Shown: positions 40,744 through 52,230 of the stretch, piece by piece
Layout of the letters: every line of letters starts with the position of its first letter
Position numbering within the stretch: position 1 is the stretch's first letter
Assembly: GCA_036918135.1 (NCBI GenBank)
Contig: JBALDB010000003.1
Span: forward strand, 52,337-116,336
Reading direction: 5' to 3'
DNA length: 64,000 bases
Source: Nostoc sp.
GTDB lineage: Bacteria > Cyanobacteriota > Cyanobacteriia > Cyanobacteriales > Nostocaceae
The notes under the pieces: generated by a model
Seen by the model: the letters and a program-made list of their open reading frames with translations, nothing else
Told to the model about the DNA's origin: nothing
Databases searched by the model: none
Position numbers and translations under genes: made by a program

Positions 40744-41757
40744 ATGGAAGTTATTTTTAAGGTGATTCGACAGCAACAAAATTCCTCCCCTATTGTCCAA
40801 ACCTACATTGTAGAGGCTCAACCAGGTAATACAATCTTGGATTGCCTCAATTATATTAAGTGGGAGCAAGATGGAACTTTGGCATTTCGCAAAAATTGCC
40901 GCAATACCATTTGTGGTAGCTGTGCTATGCGAATTAATGGGCGTTCGGCTTTAGCTTGTAAGGAAAATGTTGGCAGCGAACTTGCTAGATTACAACAAAT
41001 ACCATCATCTGAAAGTAAAGTAAATGCCATTGGTGAGATCACCATTGCCCCTCTGGGAAATATGCCTGTGATTAAAGATTTGGTTGTGGATATGGGCAGT
41101 TTCTGGAACAATCTAGAAGCAGTCGCTCCTTATGTGAGTACCGCAGCGCGACAAGTACCAGAAAGAGAATTTTTGCAAACACCACAAGAGCGATCGCGCC
41201 TCGATAAAACTGGCAACTGTATTATGTGCGGTGCTTGTTACTCTGAGTGCAATGCCCGCGAAGTTAATCCAGATTTTGTTGGCCCTCATGCTCTTGCCAA
41301 AGCTTACCGCATGGTAGCAGATTCACGAGATAGCGACACCGAAAATCGCTTAGCAAGTTACAACGAAGGTACTAAAGGTGTCTGGGGTTGTACGCGTTGT
41401 TTGTACTGCGATAGTGTTTGTCCAATGGAAGTTGCACCGCTAGAACAAATCACCAAAATTAAACAAGAAATTCTCACCGAAAAACAAACCAGTGACACTC
41501 GCTCAATTCGCCACCGGAAAGTATTAATCGATTTAGTCAAACAAGGTGGTTGGATCGATGAACGTCAATTTGGTTTACAAGTAGTCGGCAATTATTTTCG
41601 TGACCTCAAAGGACTACTCAGCCTTGCACCTTTAGGATTGCGGATGTTATCTCGAGGTAAATTCCCCTTATCATTTGAAGCTTCCGAGGGGACACAACAA
41701 GTGCGATCGCTTATTGAATCTGTGCAACAACAAGAGGGGCTAGGGACTGGGGAGTAG
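40744..41757 (+). CDS. sdhB: Succinate dehydrogenase/fumarate reductase iron-sulfur subunit
   Basis: CRNTICGSC, CIMCGAC...C and CTRCLYC...CP Fe-S motifs. Confidence 0.95.
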   Translation: MEVIFKVIRQQQNSSPIVQTYIVEAQPGNTILDCLNYIKWEQDGTLAFRKNCRNTICGSCAMRINGRSALACKENVGSELARLQQIPSSESKVNAIGEITIAPLGNMPVIKDLVVDMGSFWNNLEAVAPYVSTAARQVPEREFLQTPQERSRLDKTGNCIMCGACYSECNAREVNPDFVGPHALAKAYRMVADSRDSDTENRLASYNEGTKGVWGCTRCLYCDSVCPMEVAPLEQITKIKQEILTEKQTSDTRSIRHRKVLIDLVKQGGWIDERQFGLQVVGNYFRDLKGLLSLAPLGLRMLSRGKFPLSFEASEGTQQVRSLIESVQQQEGLGTGE

Positions 41758-41836
41758 GGATTGGGGATTGGGTATTAAGTATTGGAATTAAAAAATTCTT
41801 TCTCAGTCCCTAGTCAACAGTTAACAGTCCGCATCT

Positions 41837-42373
41837 CTAACGCGGTTCCTGGGGTATATTTAACGGTTGTCCATAACGGTCATATACTAAAACATCCCAC
41901 TGCCCGTTGTTACTGGATTCAAAAGCAATCCGATTGCCATCAGCGCTAATTGTCGGGTTGCGGACTTCCGCTTGCAAGTTAGAAGTCAAATTCCGTGATT
42001 GGCGTGTTTCTCGGTCGTAGAGAAAAATAGCCGATCGCCCTTGGCGACTACCTGCAAACACAATAAAGCGACCATCTTGGGAAACGCTAGGATGATTGGC
42101 GATCGTATCAAAAGAATTTAAGCCTGGTAAATCAACTAAATCACGAGTTAGCGTATCAAACATATAAACATCTTGGCTACCCCGGCGGTCGGTGACAAAA
42201 ACAATATATCTCCCAGAGATTTGGGGATCTAATTCCGAAGCAAAACTATTAAGACTGCGCCCCCCTGGATCGAAGGGATAACTTAAAATCCGAGGGTAAC
42301 CAAAACACCCAGTTAATAAACTTAAGCATATAAATACAGGTATAAAAAGAATACGTTTCATAATAGTTGTCAT
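41837..42373 (-). CDS. TolB-like (PD40 repeat) lipoprotein
   Basis: Lipobox LTGC; P.(I/V)S.DG..I.F.S repeats. Confidence 0.85.
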   Translation of the reverse strand: MTTIMKRILFIPVFICLSLLTGCFGYPRILSYPFDPGGRSLNSFASELDPQISGRYIVFVTDRRGSQDVYMFDTLTRDLVDLPGLNSFDTIANHPSVSQDGRFIVFAGSRQGRSAIFLYDRETRQSRNLTSNLQAEVRNPTISADGNRIAFESSNNGQWDVLVYDRYGQPLNIPQEPR

Positions 42374-42469
42374 TAGTCATTTGTCATTAGTCATTTGTCA
42401 AGAGTTTGATAACTCCCAACTCCTAACTTCTAACTACTAACTTCTAACTCCCCCATCTCCCCACCTCCC

Positions 42470-43030
42470 CTACGGAGGCGATCCTGCAGTTGCACCATTA
42501 GGAATATCTAACTCTACATTTGGCCCCCGGTCTAGGACTTCAATATCCCATTGACCGCGGCTGGCGCTTTCAAAGACTACATAACGTCCATCTGGGCTGA
42601 TATTGGGCTTTCTCACCCAACCGCGATAGATTGGGGTGAGGATTTGCGACTGTTGAGTGGGGCGATCGTAAAGTGCTACTACTGGTCTACCTTGGTCGCT
42701 AGTAATATAAGCAATGTAACGCCCGGTGTAGCTCAAACTAGGACTTTCAGCAATGGTTTCCTGTCTGTTTATGCCTGGTGTGGGAATAAATAGTTGTCTC
42801 TCTAAATCGTATACTAGTAGCTGCTGATTACCATTGCGATTAGATACAAACGCTAAAAAGCGCCCATTTCCACTCAAAGCAGGTTGCTCCTCGGTGTAGC
42901 GACTGTTGAGGGAAGTAGACCCAATAAGAATATCGTTAGAACCACAAGATACAAGCAAACTTGTAAAACCAAAAACCAGGCTCCAATGAATTGGTCTTTG
43001 GAGCCACAATCTAGGCGTAAATTTTTTCAC
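42470..43030 (-). CDS. TolB-like (PD40 repeat) lipoprotein, paralog of the neighbouring gene
   Basis: Lipobox LVSC; PALSGNGRFLAFVSNR, PNISPDGRYVVFES, GQWD. Confidence 0.85.
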   Translation of the reverse strand: MKKFTPRLWLQRPIHWSLVFGFTSLLVSCGSNDILIGSTSLNSRYTEEQPALSGNGRFLAFVSNRNGNQQLLVYDLERQLFIPTPGINRQETIAESPSLSYTGRYIAYITSDQGRPVVALYDRPTQQSQILTPIYRGWVRKPNISPDGRYVVFESASRGQWDIEVLDRGPNVELDIPNGATAGSPP

Positions 43031-43077
43031 CTCAAGTGTTTTCCGTTGCCTCCAAATCTATCTCCACACCAGCTGTT

Positions 43078-43998
43078 TTAAATATCGTCATCGAAATCTG
43101 TTGAATTATCTGGCCCCTCACTTGGCTTTTCAATTGGATTGTATGGTACATATTCAGTCGGGATTGCGTCATCATCTTCGCGGGGTCTTCGAGGAGCCGA
43201 ATCAGTGGGTGGACGACGCCTTCTTGGTCTGGGAGCAACATCATCTTCGCGGCTTTCTGGTCGCTCAGGCCCGTTATTAGTGCGGCGAGACGGTTTTCTC
43301 AATTCTCCACTCGAATTGTCCCAATCATCAACTTCCCTAGATGAAGAACCCCAATTTTCGTCTTCAAAACTTTCAGAAGGACGACTCACCGGACGCCCAG
43401 AACTACGCCGTCGCGTTCTATCTCCCGGACTCTGCCTTTCATTATTGTTGCTGTTACGACGTTCTGAACGACGGGGGGGTTGATCCTCGTAGTAGTCATC
43501 ACGAGTTGAAATCTCATCCCTGCTACCGCGAATTCGAGGACGCACGGGGCGTTCTTCCTCGTCTTCATAAGGCAGTGGCTCTAAGCCTGCATCCATCTCA
43601 GCTTGATACTTTTTGCGATTGCGGTCGTAGGAATAATTTCTGCTTACCTCTCGCTCATCATCGACAATCGGAGTGTTACGCTTAGCTTGCTGGGTAGCTA
43701 TACTCCGCAGGCGAATACTTTCTACTGCAAAAAACACAGTTGTGCCGACTAAAAGTAATTGACCAAATTGTAGAATCGGGTCTAGTCGCCATCCTTGGAA
43801 GATGAGAATGAAGCCGCACAGCAAACCCACTGCTGCAAAAAAGATATCTTGATCTCGTGACAGTTCCGGGCGTACAGTGCGGAGAAAATACAGTGCTGCC
43901 CCAGCCACAGCCAGGAAAATTCCTAGAATACTGGCTGAGTTTGCCCCAAAATTTACCTGAGCCAGAACACTGGCTGAGTTCAGCCCAAAATTTATCAT
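43078..43998 (-). CDS. ycf66: Ycf66 family protein
   Basis: RPELSRDQDIFFAAVGLLCGFILIFQGWRLDPILQFGQ; charged low-complexity C-terminus. Confidence 0.93.
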   Translation of the reverse strand: MINFGLNSASVLAQVNFGANSASILGIFLAVAGAALYFLRTVRPELSRDQDIFFAAVGLLCGFILIFQGWRLDPILQFGQLLLVGTTVFFAVESIRLRSIATQQAKRNTPIVDDEREVSRNYSYDRNRKKYQAEMDAGLEPLPYEDEEERPVRPRIRGSRDEISTRDDYYEDQPPRRSERRNSNNNERQSPGDRTRRRSSGRPVSRPSESFEDENWGSSSREVDDWDNSSGELRKPSRRTNNGPERPESREDDVAPRPRRRRPPTDSAPRRPREDDDAIPTEYVPYNPIEKPSEGPDNSTDFDDDI

Positions 43999-44244
43999 TG
44001 CTGTTTTCCCAATATCAAATCTATGTTAGCGAGTCACAATTAAAATCACTACTCTAATTAGTCATCATATATTGAAGCTTCAAAGCCTCTAGCAAAGAAG
44101 CTCTGAAGCTGTTGACCGAAAAATAAAAAACATGTTTTTCTCAGCTACAAATGCCCCAGCATCGAAAACTGCTGCTTTTGGTGCAATTATTTAAGTAGAT
44201 AGCTGAGAAATCGCTTGTGAGAGTCCATTAGACTCTCGTAAGCA

Positions 44245-44364
44245 TTATGAACGCTGAATTTTATCTTTTTGGCTAATAAAAATCAAAGCACCTGTAACGG
44301 GAACCACAACAATTACAGCACCCCAAAACAGACTCCAAAGAAAATTTGCTAAAGCGGGCGTCAT
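44245..44364 (-). CDS. psbX: Photosystem II reaction centre protein X (not in the ORF track, 39 aa)
   Basis: [39 protein letters not shown]. Confidence 0.95.
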   Translation of the reverse strand: MTPALANFLWSLFWGAVIVVVPVTGALIFISQKDKIQRS

Positions 44365-44605
44365 ACTTCTCAACCTTTTTTTACACACTTCATCCTAATT
44401 TTAATGGTGTAGTACTTTCTTGAGAAGCCTTTGAGCGAGAACTGCCAAACTTGATAATTGCTCTTTCTCAAGTGCTGCTTAGTAAATTCAGTGCCCAGTT
44501 CCTCTCTATTGAAATAAAATTGTAATGAGAGTGCTTTACAAAGCTTCAAATTTTTTGGCGATCGCCCAAGTGTTTTATTTATTCACGAGATAGCTGCTTA
44601 AACCG

Positions 44606-44899
44606 ATGACTGGTGTTGACCTGACTGCTTGGATTCTAGGCCCAGTGTTAGGGCTGATGACATTTTTATTTATATTTCGCATTATTCTCACTTGGTATCC
44701 CCAAGTGGATCTGAATCGTTTACCCTTTAATTTAATAGCTTGGCCTACTGAACCATTTTTAATCCCTTTACGAAAACTCGTCCCGCCCATCGGCGGCGTA
44801 GACATTACCCCCATCATTTGGGTTGGTATTTTTAGCCTAGTACGAGAAATTCTATTAGGCCAGCAAGGATTACTGACTATGATGGCTCATGTGAGTTAG
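44606..44899 (+). CDS. yggT: YggT/Ycf19 family membrane protein
   Basis: RIILTWYP...PTEPFL.PLRK..PPIGGVDITPI. Confidence 0.92.
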   Translation: MTGVDLTAWILGPVLGLMTFLFIFRIILTWYPQVDLNRLPFNLIAWPTEPFLIPLRKLVPPIGGVDITPIIWVGIFSLVREILLGQQGLLTMMAHVS

Positions 44900-44902
44900 A
44901 TG

Positions 44903-45045
44903 TGGGGCATAGGGTATGGGGCAAACAGGAAGTGTGGGAGGATAGGGGGGAAAGAGGAGGTGTGGGAAGTGTGGGAAGTGTGGGGGGAAACATTTCTTCC
45001 CCATCTTCCCCATCTTCCCACACCTCCCATACTCCCCACACTTCC
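44903..45045. repeat. Purine/pyrimidine STRR-like inverted repeat block between convergent yggT and accC
   Basis: GGAAGTGTG runs mirrored by CCCACACTTCC/CTTCCCCAT runs. Confidence 0.75.
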
Positions 45046-46389
45046 CTACCCGTTCATCTCTTGCACAAAATTTGTATAGATATTACCCTGTAAAAACTGT
45101 GGAGTTTCCATAATTTTTTGGTGAAATCCGATAGTGGTCGGTAATCCCGTAATCGCACACTCCCGTAGTGCGCGTTTCATGCGGTTAATAGCAGTAGGGC
45201 GATCCGCTCCCCAAACAATTAGCTTGCCAATTAAGGAATCGTAATAAGGGGGAATTTGGTAATCTGTGTAAACGTGGGAATCAATGCGAACACCTGGCCC
45301 TCCAGGGGGAAGATAGCCACTAATCCGTCCGGGAGATGGGCGAAAATCGCGATCGGGGTCTTCAGCGTTAATCCGGCATTCGATCGCATGACCCCGTAAA
45401 ACTACCTGGTCTTGGGTAAGCTTGAGTCTTTCCCCTTGGGCAATCCGGATTTGTTCGACAACCAAATCTACTCCAGTAATCATCTCTGTTACAGGATGTT
45501 CCACTTGAATCCGAGTGTTCATTTCCATGAAGTAGAATTTACCGAATCTATCCAAGAGAAACTCAATAGTTCCTGCCCCAGTATAGTTAATGAATTGGGC
45601 AGCTTTGACAGCAGCTTGTCCCATTTTCTCGCGCAGGTCTGAGTCAAGAGCCGGACTTGGAGCTTCTTCTAGAAGCTTTTGATTTCGGCGCTGAATTGAG
45701 CAATCTCGTTCGCCTAAGTGAATAACATTGCCGTAGTTATCTGCCAAAACTTGAAATTCAATGTGCCGAGGACGTTCAATAAATTTTTCTATGTAAACGC
45801 CAGAATTACCAAAAGCGGCTCCTGCTTCCCCTTGGGCCGCGAGGAAAAGTTTGACAAATTCGTCTTCAGAACGCACCAAGCGCATACCGCGGCCACCACC
45901 ACCTGCTGTGGCTTTAATCATCACTGGATAGCCGATATCCTTAGCGAATTGTAATCCTTCTTGCTCGGATTCTACCAACCCATTACTACCTGGTACTGTC
46001 GGAACTCCAGCTTTTTGCATGGTTTCTTTGGCAGTGGATTTATCCCCCATCAACCTGATGGCTTCTGGAGTTGGCCCAATAAAAGCAATGTCATGGGCAG
46101 CACATATTTCTGCAAATTTAGCATTTTCTGCCAAAAATCCATAACCTGGATGAATGGCAGTGGCATTACGAGTCAATGCAGCAGCAATGATATTGGGAAT
46201 ATTCAAATAACTTTTGCTGCTAGCAGGTTCGCCAATGCAAACTGCTTCATCAGCAAGTTGAACGTGGAGAGCATTACGGTCAACACTGGAGTGAACCGCA
46301 ACTGTCGCAATTCCCATTTCTTCACAGGCGCGGAGAATGCGAAGCGCGATTTCTCCCCGATTGGCAATTAATATTTTGTCAAACTTCAT
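45046..46389 (-). CDS. accC: Acetyl-CoA carboxylase biotin carboxylase subunit
   Basis: [45 protein letters not shown]. Confidence 0.98.
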   Translation of the reverse strand: MKFDKILIANRGEIALRILRACEEMGIATVAVHSSVDRNALHVQLADEAVCIGEPASSKSYLNIPNIIAAALTRNATAIHPGYGFLAENAKFAEICAAHDIAFIGPTPEAIRLMGDKSTAKETMQKAGVPTVPGSNGLVESEQEGLQFAKDIGYPVMIKATAGGGGRGMRLVRSEDEFVKLFLAAQGEAGAAFGNSGVYIEKFIERPRHIEFQVLADNYGNVIHLGERDCSIQRRNQKLLEEAPSPALDSDLREKMGQAAVKAAQFINYTGAGTIEFLLDRFGKFYFMEMNTRIQVEHPVTEMITGVDLVVEQIRIAQGERLKLTQDQVVLRGHAIECRINAEDPDRDFRPSPGRISGYLPPGGPGVRIDSHVYTDYQIPPYYDSLIGKLIVWGADRPTAINRMKRALRECAITGLPTTIGFHQKIMETPQFLQGNIYTNFVQEMNG

Positions 46390-46823
46390 TTTGGAGTTTC
46401 GATATTAGTACCAGTAGATTGACATTTTCTCCCATCTGATTTGTAACAACGCTTTGGCGTTATTTCAAATTATCACAGGAGATTCCCAACCTTCATCTTC
46501 ACCAAAGTCAAGAATTGGGCTTGTTGCCTCTACAGGTCTTAACAAGATTAACAACATAACTGTTGCCAATCTTGCCAGTTTCCCGAATTGCTTTTTCACT
46601 CAAAAGGTATGCCGTTTGAGCGACAGCTTTTGTGCTTGACCGTACTTATTACAGTAGCTTTACCTTTTTAATATCACTTGTGCATCTGCGACATTTCTGT
46701 CAGCCTGATACCGCCTTAAGGAAATTTATTAAACCCTTCACTGAAATTTTTCCAAACTGGAACTGAGAACTCACCTTACTATAATTATTTTCTTATGCTA
46801 TAGTCTATGCTTAGACAACCTAC

Positions 46824-46904
46824 GCGGATGTGGCGGAATTGGTATACGCGCACGCTTGAGGTGCGTGTGGCTTTGCCTTGCGAGTTCGAGTCTCGCCATC
46901 CGCA
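46824..46904 (+). tRNA. trnL: tRNA-Leu (GAG)
   Basis: Acceptor stem GCGGATG/CATCCGC, anticodon arm CACGC-TTGAGGT-GCGTG, variable arm, GTTCGAGTC T-loop; CCA not encoded. Confidence 0.95.
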
Positions 46905-47152
46905 TTTTTTGTTTATTTAATCAAGGGTCAACAGTCAAAGGGGCAAAACGCCTGAGACGGTTGACCCTTAAATCTAGCTTGAGGGTCATTAGTCATTGGT
47001 CGAAGCACAAAGCACAAAATATCTCGCCAGATTAGAAGCTTCGCGGCTTGTCTAGGCATCAAAAATTTGTAACAGAGGACAAATGACCAATGACTAATGA
47101 CTCTATGGTTTTTTATGCTTTTATAGAGATAGGTGAAGTTTTGTAAAAAACA

Positions 47153-47788
47153 TTGACTATTACTTTTACGCCAACGAACAACTTAACACTGCCACCAGCT
47201 TGGCATCGCCTGACTCCGATTTGGCAAGGAGGGGAGGAAGTAATTCAACGAAGTTTGCTTCACACTCAGCTTGCACCAGCTTGGCAATTACTGCTTCTAG
47301 GAGACGGTTCGCCAACACGTCACTTAGAATTGCTCACAGGTGAGCCAACAGAAGTAGATGTCATTGATATGTCATTAATTGGCATAAACTTGGATAATGC
47401 CCCAGACTTAATAGAAGCTGTACCAGGGCCGCGACTACGGCGACAAGTATGGCTGCGTACCGCTTCTGGTCAGCGATTAGCGTATGCCACTTCGTGGTGG
47501 GAAGCCAGCCATGTAGATGAGTATTTGCAAAATCGCTCATTACCAATTTGGGCGAGTTTAGCTCGTCTCCGCACAGAGTTGTATCGAGATGTGCGAGGAA
47601 TTTATTATGGTTATTCTTCGGCGCTAGAGTCAGGTTTTAATGTAACCGGGCCTTTCTGGGGTCGCCACTACTTGTTTTGGCATCATGGACAGCCACTTAC
47701 CTTGATTTATGAAGTTTTTTCGCCTTATTTAACTAAATATTTAGGCCCTATGCAGTTGAGTGCTGTGAACGCTCAGGCTAATATTTAA
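47153..47788 (+). CDS. Chorismate lyase (DUF98/Ycf21, UbiC-like)
   Basis: LLLGDGSPTRHL, RRQVWL...LAYATSWW, GR.Y.F...GQPLTLI.EVF. Confidence 0.85.
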   Translation: MTITFTPTNNLTLPPAWHRLTPIWQGGEEVIQRSLLHTQLAPAWQLLLLGDGSPTRHLELLTGEPTEVDVIDMSLIGINLDNAPDLIEAVPGPRLRRQVWLRTASGQRLAYATSWWEASHVDEYLQNRSLPIWASLARLRTELYRDVRGIYYGYSSALESGFNVTGPFWGRHYLFWHHGQPLTLIYEVFSPYLTKYLGPMQLSAVNAQANI

Positions 47789-48450
47789 GTCAGCAATGAC
47801 GCATAGTCACAAAAAAGCAAGGATTTAGGTAGGTATAGCAGAAACGCAAAATTTTGTGTCTCTACTAAATCCTGCTAATTAAAAGATTATTTAACTAGAA
47901 AAGCCAAATAGAATCTTAATTATTTAATTTTTGATGAAAAAATAGCAGTTGCTTGTCAGCAAAAATAACAACTGTTTTTGCTTAAAATGATACAAATTAT
48001 TAAAGGCTATAATTCAATAACATATCTGGGTTACTAAGTGGGTAAACATACCCAATCTTAGATACGCAATTATTCTAGGTTATATGGAGTCAACACAACA
48101 GATACCACTTCTGTAAATATAAGGTAGTGTAGATTACTGATGACTTGCAGCTTTGTCAACTTAGTTATATCCTCAAAGTGCCTAAAATAACAGATTGAAC
48201 TATCGAAGACTTTCCTTAAAGCATCTGTTTAAAGGAAGTGTCCTGCGAAATTCAACAAAGCGTGCTAAAAAAGGTAACTAACCACTAAAACACCGCTTTT
48301 GAAACAGTAGAAAAATTAATTACGGTATTATCATCAATGTCTAGGGTGGAGAAATTTATGTACTTAGCTACCCTAAAGAAGAGAAACTTTTTGGTTGACT
48401 GAACCAATCAAGCAAGTAATGAGTTTGCAAGTATGAGGTATTAGGTTTTA

Positions 48451-50151
48451 ATGGCACCGCCTCTTGTGTCTGTTCCTATGAAGAAAAATAAGAAGCCGTC
48501 TTTGGTGCTGGCATTATCATCTGCTGGGTTATTAATTGGTGCAGCAAGTGCAGCATATTGGTTGTTCGCCCAAAGACAACCATCTTGGAATGATTTGCTA
48601 GTAGGTGCAAATATTATTCCTAGTGATGCTCTGTTGGCGGTTTCCTTAACAACAGATCCTCAGCAATGGCAGAAATTACGGGAATTTGGGACAAAAGAAA
48701 CCCAAGCAGAACTAGACAAAAATTTAGTGCAATTGCGCGATCGCTTTCTAACTAATAATGGTTATGACTTCCAGAAAGATATTGCTCCTTGGGTAGGCAA
48801 TGACGTTACAATCGCAATTCTGCCGTCAAGAACAGTAAGCAAATCTGCACCCAAACCAGTTACCACCAACGAAGATGTTGCTGGCGATCAGCAATCGATG
48901 GTAATGGTATTGCCAGTAAAAAATCCAGAAATAGCTAAAAGCATTTTTGCACAACCTAAAACCCTCAAACAAGGCAAATGGATTGACCGCACTTATGAAG
49001 GAATCGCCATTAAACAAAATCAAGGACAACCAGGGGAAAACTTTTCGGCAGCATTGCTAGATACGCGCTTCTTAGTGATAACTGATAGTCCCAAAGCTAC
49101 AGAACAAGCGATTGATGCCTACAAAAGTCAAACATCCCTAGCCACAGTAGCGGGCTTTGCAGAAAATTTTCCGAAAATTGCCAATAACCAACCCTTCGCC
49201 CAGTTTTATGTAAATGTACCAACAGCAGCAAAAATAGCTGCTGCTTCTCCAAACCATCCTTTACCTGCTCAAGTTTTATCTCAACTGCAAAATAATCAAG
49301 GTTTAGCAGCAACAATGACCTTAGAGCCAACAGGAATCCGTTTAAAAGGCGTTTCTTGGCTCAATCCTAATAGTCAACGTGTGCTAGCAGTAGAAAACAA
49401 AGCTGGAAACATGCAAAGCCGCTTACCAGCAGAAACCTTAATGATGCTCTCTGGCAGTAACTTACAGCGGTTATGGGGAGAATATGTTTTAACTTCTCAG
49501 GGAAATCCACTCTCACCAATTGCACCAGAACAACTGCGAGGTGCTGTAAAATCTATTACCGATTTGGATTTAGATAAAGATTTGCTCACTTGGATGAAAG
49601 GCGAGTTTTCTTTATCAGTGATTCCCAATACGCCAAAAGAAGGTTCACCAGATAATTTTCGTGCGGGTTTGCTGTTCATGGTACAGACAAGCAATCGCAA
49701 ATCGGCTGAAGCATCCATTAGTCAGCTTGATGAAGTGATGAAAAATCAATATCAGTTCCAAGTCCAACCAGGAAAAGTCGCAACTCAACCCGTTGTTAAC
49801 TGGATATCACCTTATGGCACTTTAACCGCCACCCACGGCTGGTTAGATGGAGATGTCGCTTTCTTTGCAGTGGGCGCTCCGATCGCCGATAAAATTGTTT
49901 CCAAACCCACTAACACACTAGCTAATACTCTTTCCTTCCTGCAAACAGTTCCTACAGAACCGAATCCCACAAATGGTCAATTTTTCCTGGATGTGGAACG
50001 AACTGTGAAAAATTTTCCCTTACCAACTCTAATCCCCAATCAACAAACTTTGCTAAGTGCAACGCGCTCAATTGGAATGACATCGGCTGTCAGCGACAGT
50101 CGTAGTAACGTTTACGACATTTTTATATCACTTAAAAAAGTGAGTAGATAG
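48451..50151 (+). CDS. DUF3352 domain-containing membrane-anchored protein
   Basis: N-terminal TM; YDFQKDIAPWVG and DLL.WM.GEFSL motifs. Confidence 0.8.
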   Translation: MAPPLVSVPMKKNKKPSLVLALSSAGLLIGAASAAYWLFAQRQPSWNDLLVGANIIPSDALLAVSLTTDPQQWQKLREFGTKETQAELDKNLVQLRDRFLTNNGYDFQKDIAPWVGNDVTIAILPSRTVSKSAPKPVTTNEDVAGDQQSMVMVLPVKNPEIAKSIFAQPKTLKQGKWIDRTYEGIAIKQNQGQPGENFSAALLDTRFLVITDSPKATEQAIDAYKSQTSLATVAGFAENFPKIANNQPFAQFYVNVPTAAKIAAASPNHPLPAQVLSQLQNNQGLAATMTLEPTGIRLKGVSWLNPNSQRVLAVENKAGNMQSRLPAETLMMLSGSNLQRLWGEYVLTSQGNPLSPIAPEQLRGAVKSITDLDLDKDLLTWMKGEFSLSVIPNTPKEGSPDNFRAGLLFMVQTSNRKSAEASISQLDEVMKNQYQFQVQPGKVATQPVVNWISPYGTLTATHGWLDGDVAFFAVGAPIADKIVSKPTNTLANTLSFLQTVPTEPNPTNGQFFLDVERTVKNFPLPTLIPNQQTLLSATRSIGMTSAVSDSRSNVYDIFISLKKVSR

Positions 50152-50232
50152 GGGAGTATGGGAGATGTGGTTCGACTCCCTTCGACTACGCTCAGGGCAA
50201 GTCGCTCACCAACCTGGAGATGAGGGAGAATA

Positions 50233-50325
50233 ATATCATGTTCAGTTGAAGACTTATCGTGGACAAACGGGGGACACTCTGACGCAAAGAGATTTTAATT
50301 ATAAGTAATTATCCGAACTTGATAT
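50233..50325. mobile_element. MITE family A copy
   Basis: ATATCATGTTC...GAACTTGATAT ends; shares AGAGATTTTAAT..TAAGTAATTATCCGAACTTGATAT with the 55546 copy. Confidence 0.7.
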
Positions 50326-50542
50326 AATGACTCGTCACTAGAGTAACCCAAACGTCTCCGGCGAGGCTCAACAGGAGCCAGTGCGTTGCGTATTTTCCAA
50401 GAGTTGTTTCCTCTTAGCGTTGCCTTCGGGTAGCAACTGGCTCTCAACAGTCAACACTCCTTATTCCCCATTTCCCTTTAAGCGGATAGGATCAAAACAG
50501 TCAAAATCGATATTTTTAAGAATCCACACGAGAGGAGATTTT

Positions 50543-51616
50543 ATGAATTTGGTTGTACTCCAGAGCTGGCTGGACAATGCTTCCTTTGCGGTATTATTCT
50601 TAACAATGCTGGTGTATTGGGGAGGAGCAGCTTTTCCAAATCTGCCTTATCTAGCTGCATTTGGGACTGCTGGCATGGCGATTGCTAATTTGTGTATAGC
50701 TACATTATTAGGGGCACGATGGATAGAAGCTGGTTATTTTCCTTTAAGCAATTTGTATGAATCTTTGTTTTTCTTAACTTGGGGAATTACTACAGTTCAT
50801 CTGATTGCTGAAAATAGTAGCCGTAGCCGCTTAGTAGGAGTTGCTACAGCTCCAGTAGCAATGGCGATCGTTGCTTTTGCTACCCTAACACTACCATCGC
50901 AAATGCAAATGTCGGAACCCCTAGTACCTGCTTTAAAGTCAAATTGGCTGATGATGCATGTCAGCGTCATGATGTTGAGTTATGCTGCTTTGATGGTAGG
51001 TTCGCTATTAGCGATCGCTTTTTTAATTGTTACTCGCGGTCAAAATATCCTACTACAAGGTAGTTCTGTCGGTAATGGTGGCTATCGCAGCAATGGCTAC
51101 CGCTTGCACAAAGCAACTGAACTTGTTTCCGAATCACCAGCACCCCCTGTAGAAAATAATGGCTTTGCTCGTTTTGAAAGTAGTAGCAACGGTAATGGTA
51201 ACGGTAATACCGCTGTTTTAGGTTTAGTCACAACAACCCCAATCGCAAATCCCAAATCTCAAATCGAAAATTCACAACCCCTTTCACCCCAACGCCTTAG
51301 CCTTGCTGAAACCCTCGATAACATTAGCTATCGCATTATCGGATTGGGATTTCCCCTACTAACAATTGGCATTATTGCTGGTGGCGTTTGGGCTAACGAA
51401 GCCTGGGGTTCCTATTGGAGTTGGGACCCCAAAGAAACTTGGGCGTTAATTACCTGGTTAGTGTTCGCAGCCTATCTTCATGCCAGAATTACTCGCGGTT
51501 GGCAAGGCCGCCGTCCCGCAATTTTAGCTGCCACTGGGTTTGTTGTTGTCTGGGTTTGCTATCTCGGTGTGAATCTTTTAGGTAAAGGTTTGCATTCTTA
51601 TGGTTGGTTCTTCTAA
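50543..51616 (+). CDS. ccsB: Cytochrome c biogenesis protein CcsB/CcsA
   Basis: RBS GAGGAG before [38 protein letters not shown]. Confidence 0.95.
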   Translation: MNLVVLQSWLDNASFAVLFLTMLVYWGGAAFPNLPYLAAFGTAGMAIANLCIATLLGARWIEAGYFPLSNLYESLFFLTWGITTVHLIAENSSRSRLVGVATAPVAMAIVAFATLTLPSQMQMSEPLVPALKSNWLMMHVSVMMLSYAALMVGSLLAIAFLIVTRGQNILLQGSSVGNGGYRSNGYRLHKATELVSESPAPPVENNGFARFESSSNGNGNGNTAVLGLVTTTPIANPKSQIENSQPLSPQRLSLAETLDNISYRIIGLGFPLLTIGIIAGGVWANEAWGSYWSWDPKETWALITWLVFAAYLHARITRGWQGRRPAILAATGFVVVWVCYLGVNLLGKGLHSYGWFF

Positions 51617-51779
51617 AAACCTCACTAAAATAGTGCTAAGTGTTAAGTCTTTTTTACTCATCACTTAGCATTTTATAACTCATAATTTATTACAACCACT
51701 AAATCTATAAAATCATCATTTTATTTCGGATGAACTGTTAAATCTATGGAAAGTATAGATTTAGTAACAGGAGATTTTT

Positions 51780-52088
51780 ATGGAAGATGGATTTGAAAGA
51801 CTAAATCACGATGAAGTTGTGTCTATAGAACCAGACACTTTTAATAAGTTAAATATTGCTAAAACTTTTAAAGTTCGTGATTTGATTACAGCAATTAAAG
51901 ATTCTATTGGAGCAGAGGAAACGGATGAAGTAAATTTGTATACTCAAGGATTAAATTGTGAAGTTTTGCAATTTAGTACTCAGGGATGGAAAAAAGGAAA
52001 AGTTAGACTTGCTTTAGAATTTTGCCCTGAGGGTTCGGAATCACCACTTGATGAAATTTTTCAAAAGCTCAAACAAGTAGAAAATTAA
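51780..52088 (+). CDS. KGK domain protein
   Basis: G..CEVL.....GWKKGKVRL.LEFCP...ESPLD. Confidence 0.9.
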   Translation: MEDGFERLNHDEVVSIEPDTFNKLNIAKTFKVRDLITAIKDSIGAEETDEVNLYTQGLNCEVLQFSTQGWKKGKVRLALEFCPEGSESPLDEIFQKLKQVEN

Positions 52089-52230
52089 AATAATTGGTAA
52101 TTCGTAATTCATAATTAAATTATGAATTATGAATTATTTTAAGTAGTTTTTTAAGATGTAAATAAAAGAATTTATATACACACTGGTATAATAAAAATTA
52201 TTTGTGTCCATCTGTGGTGAAAAACTCAAA

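Noticed and set aside
46824..47150. tRNA-Leu as an integration site for an island
   Set aside because: No integrase and no duplicated tRNA 3' end seen; flanking genes are core
48124..48137. GTA-N8-TAC (NtcA-like site) upstream of the DUF3352 gene
   Set aside because: No properly spaced TAN3T -10 element; such a short motif arises often by chance
50381..50542. N-terminal extension of ccsB in the ORF track
   Set aside because: Starts inside dispersed-repeat sequence; the RBS and family-typical start are at 50543
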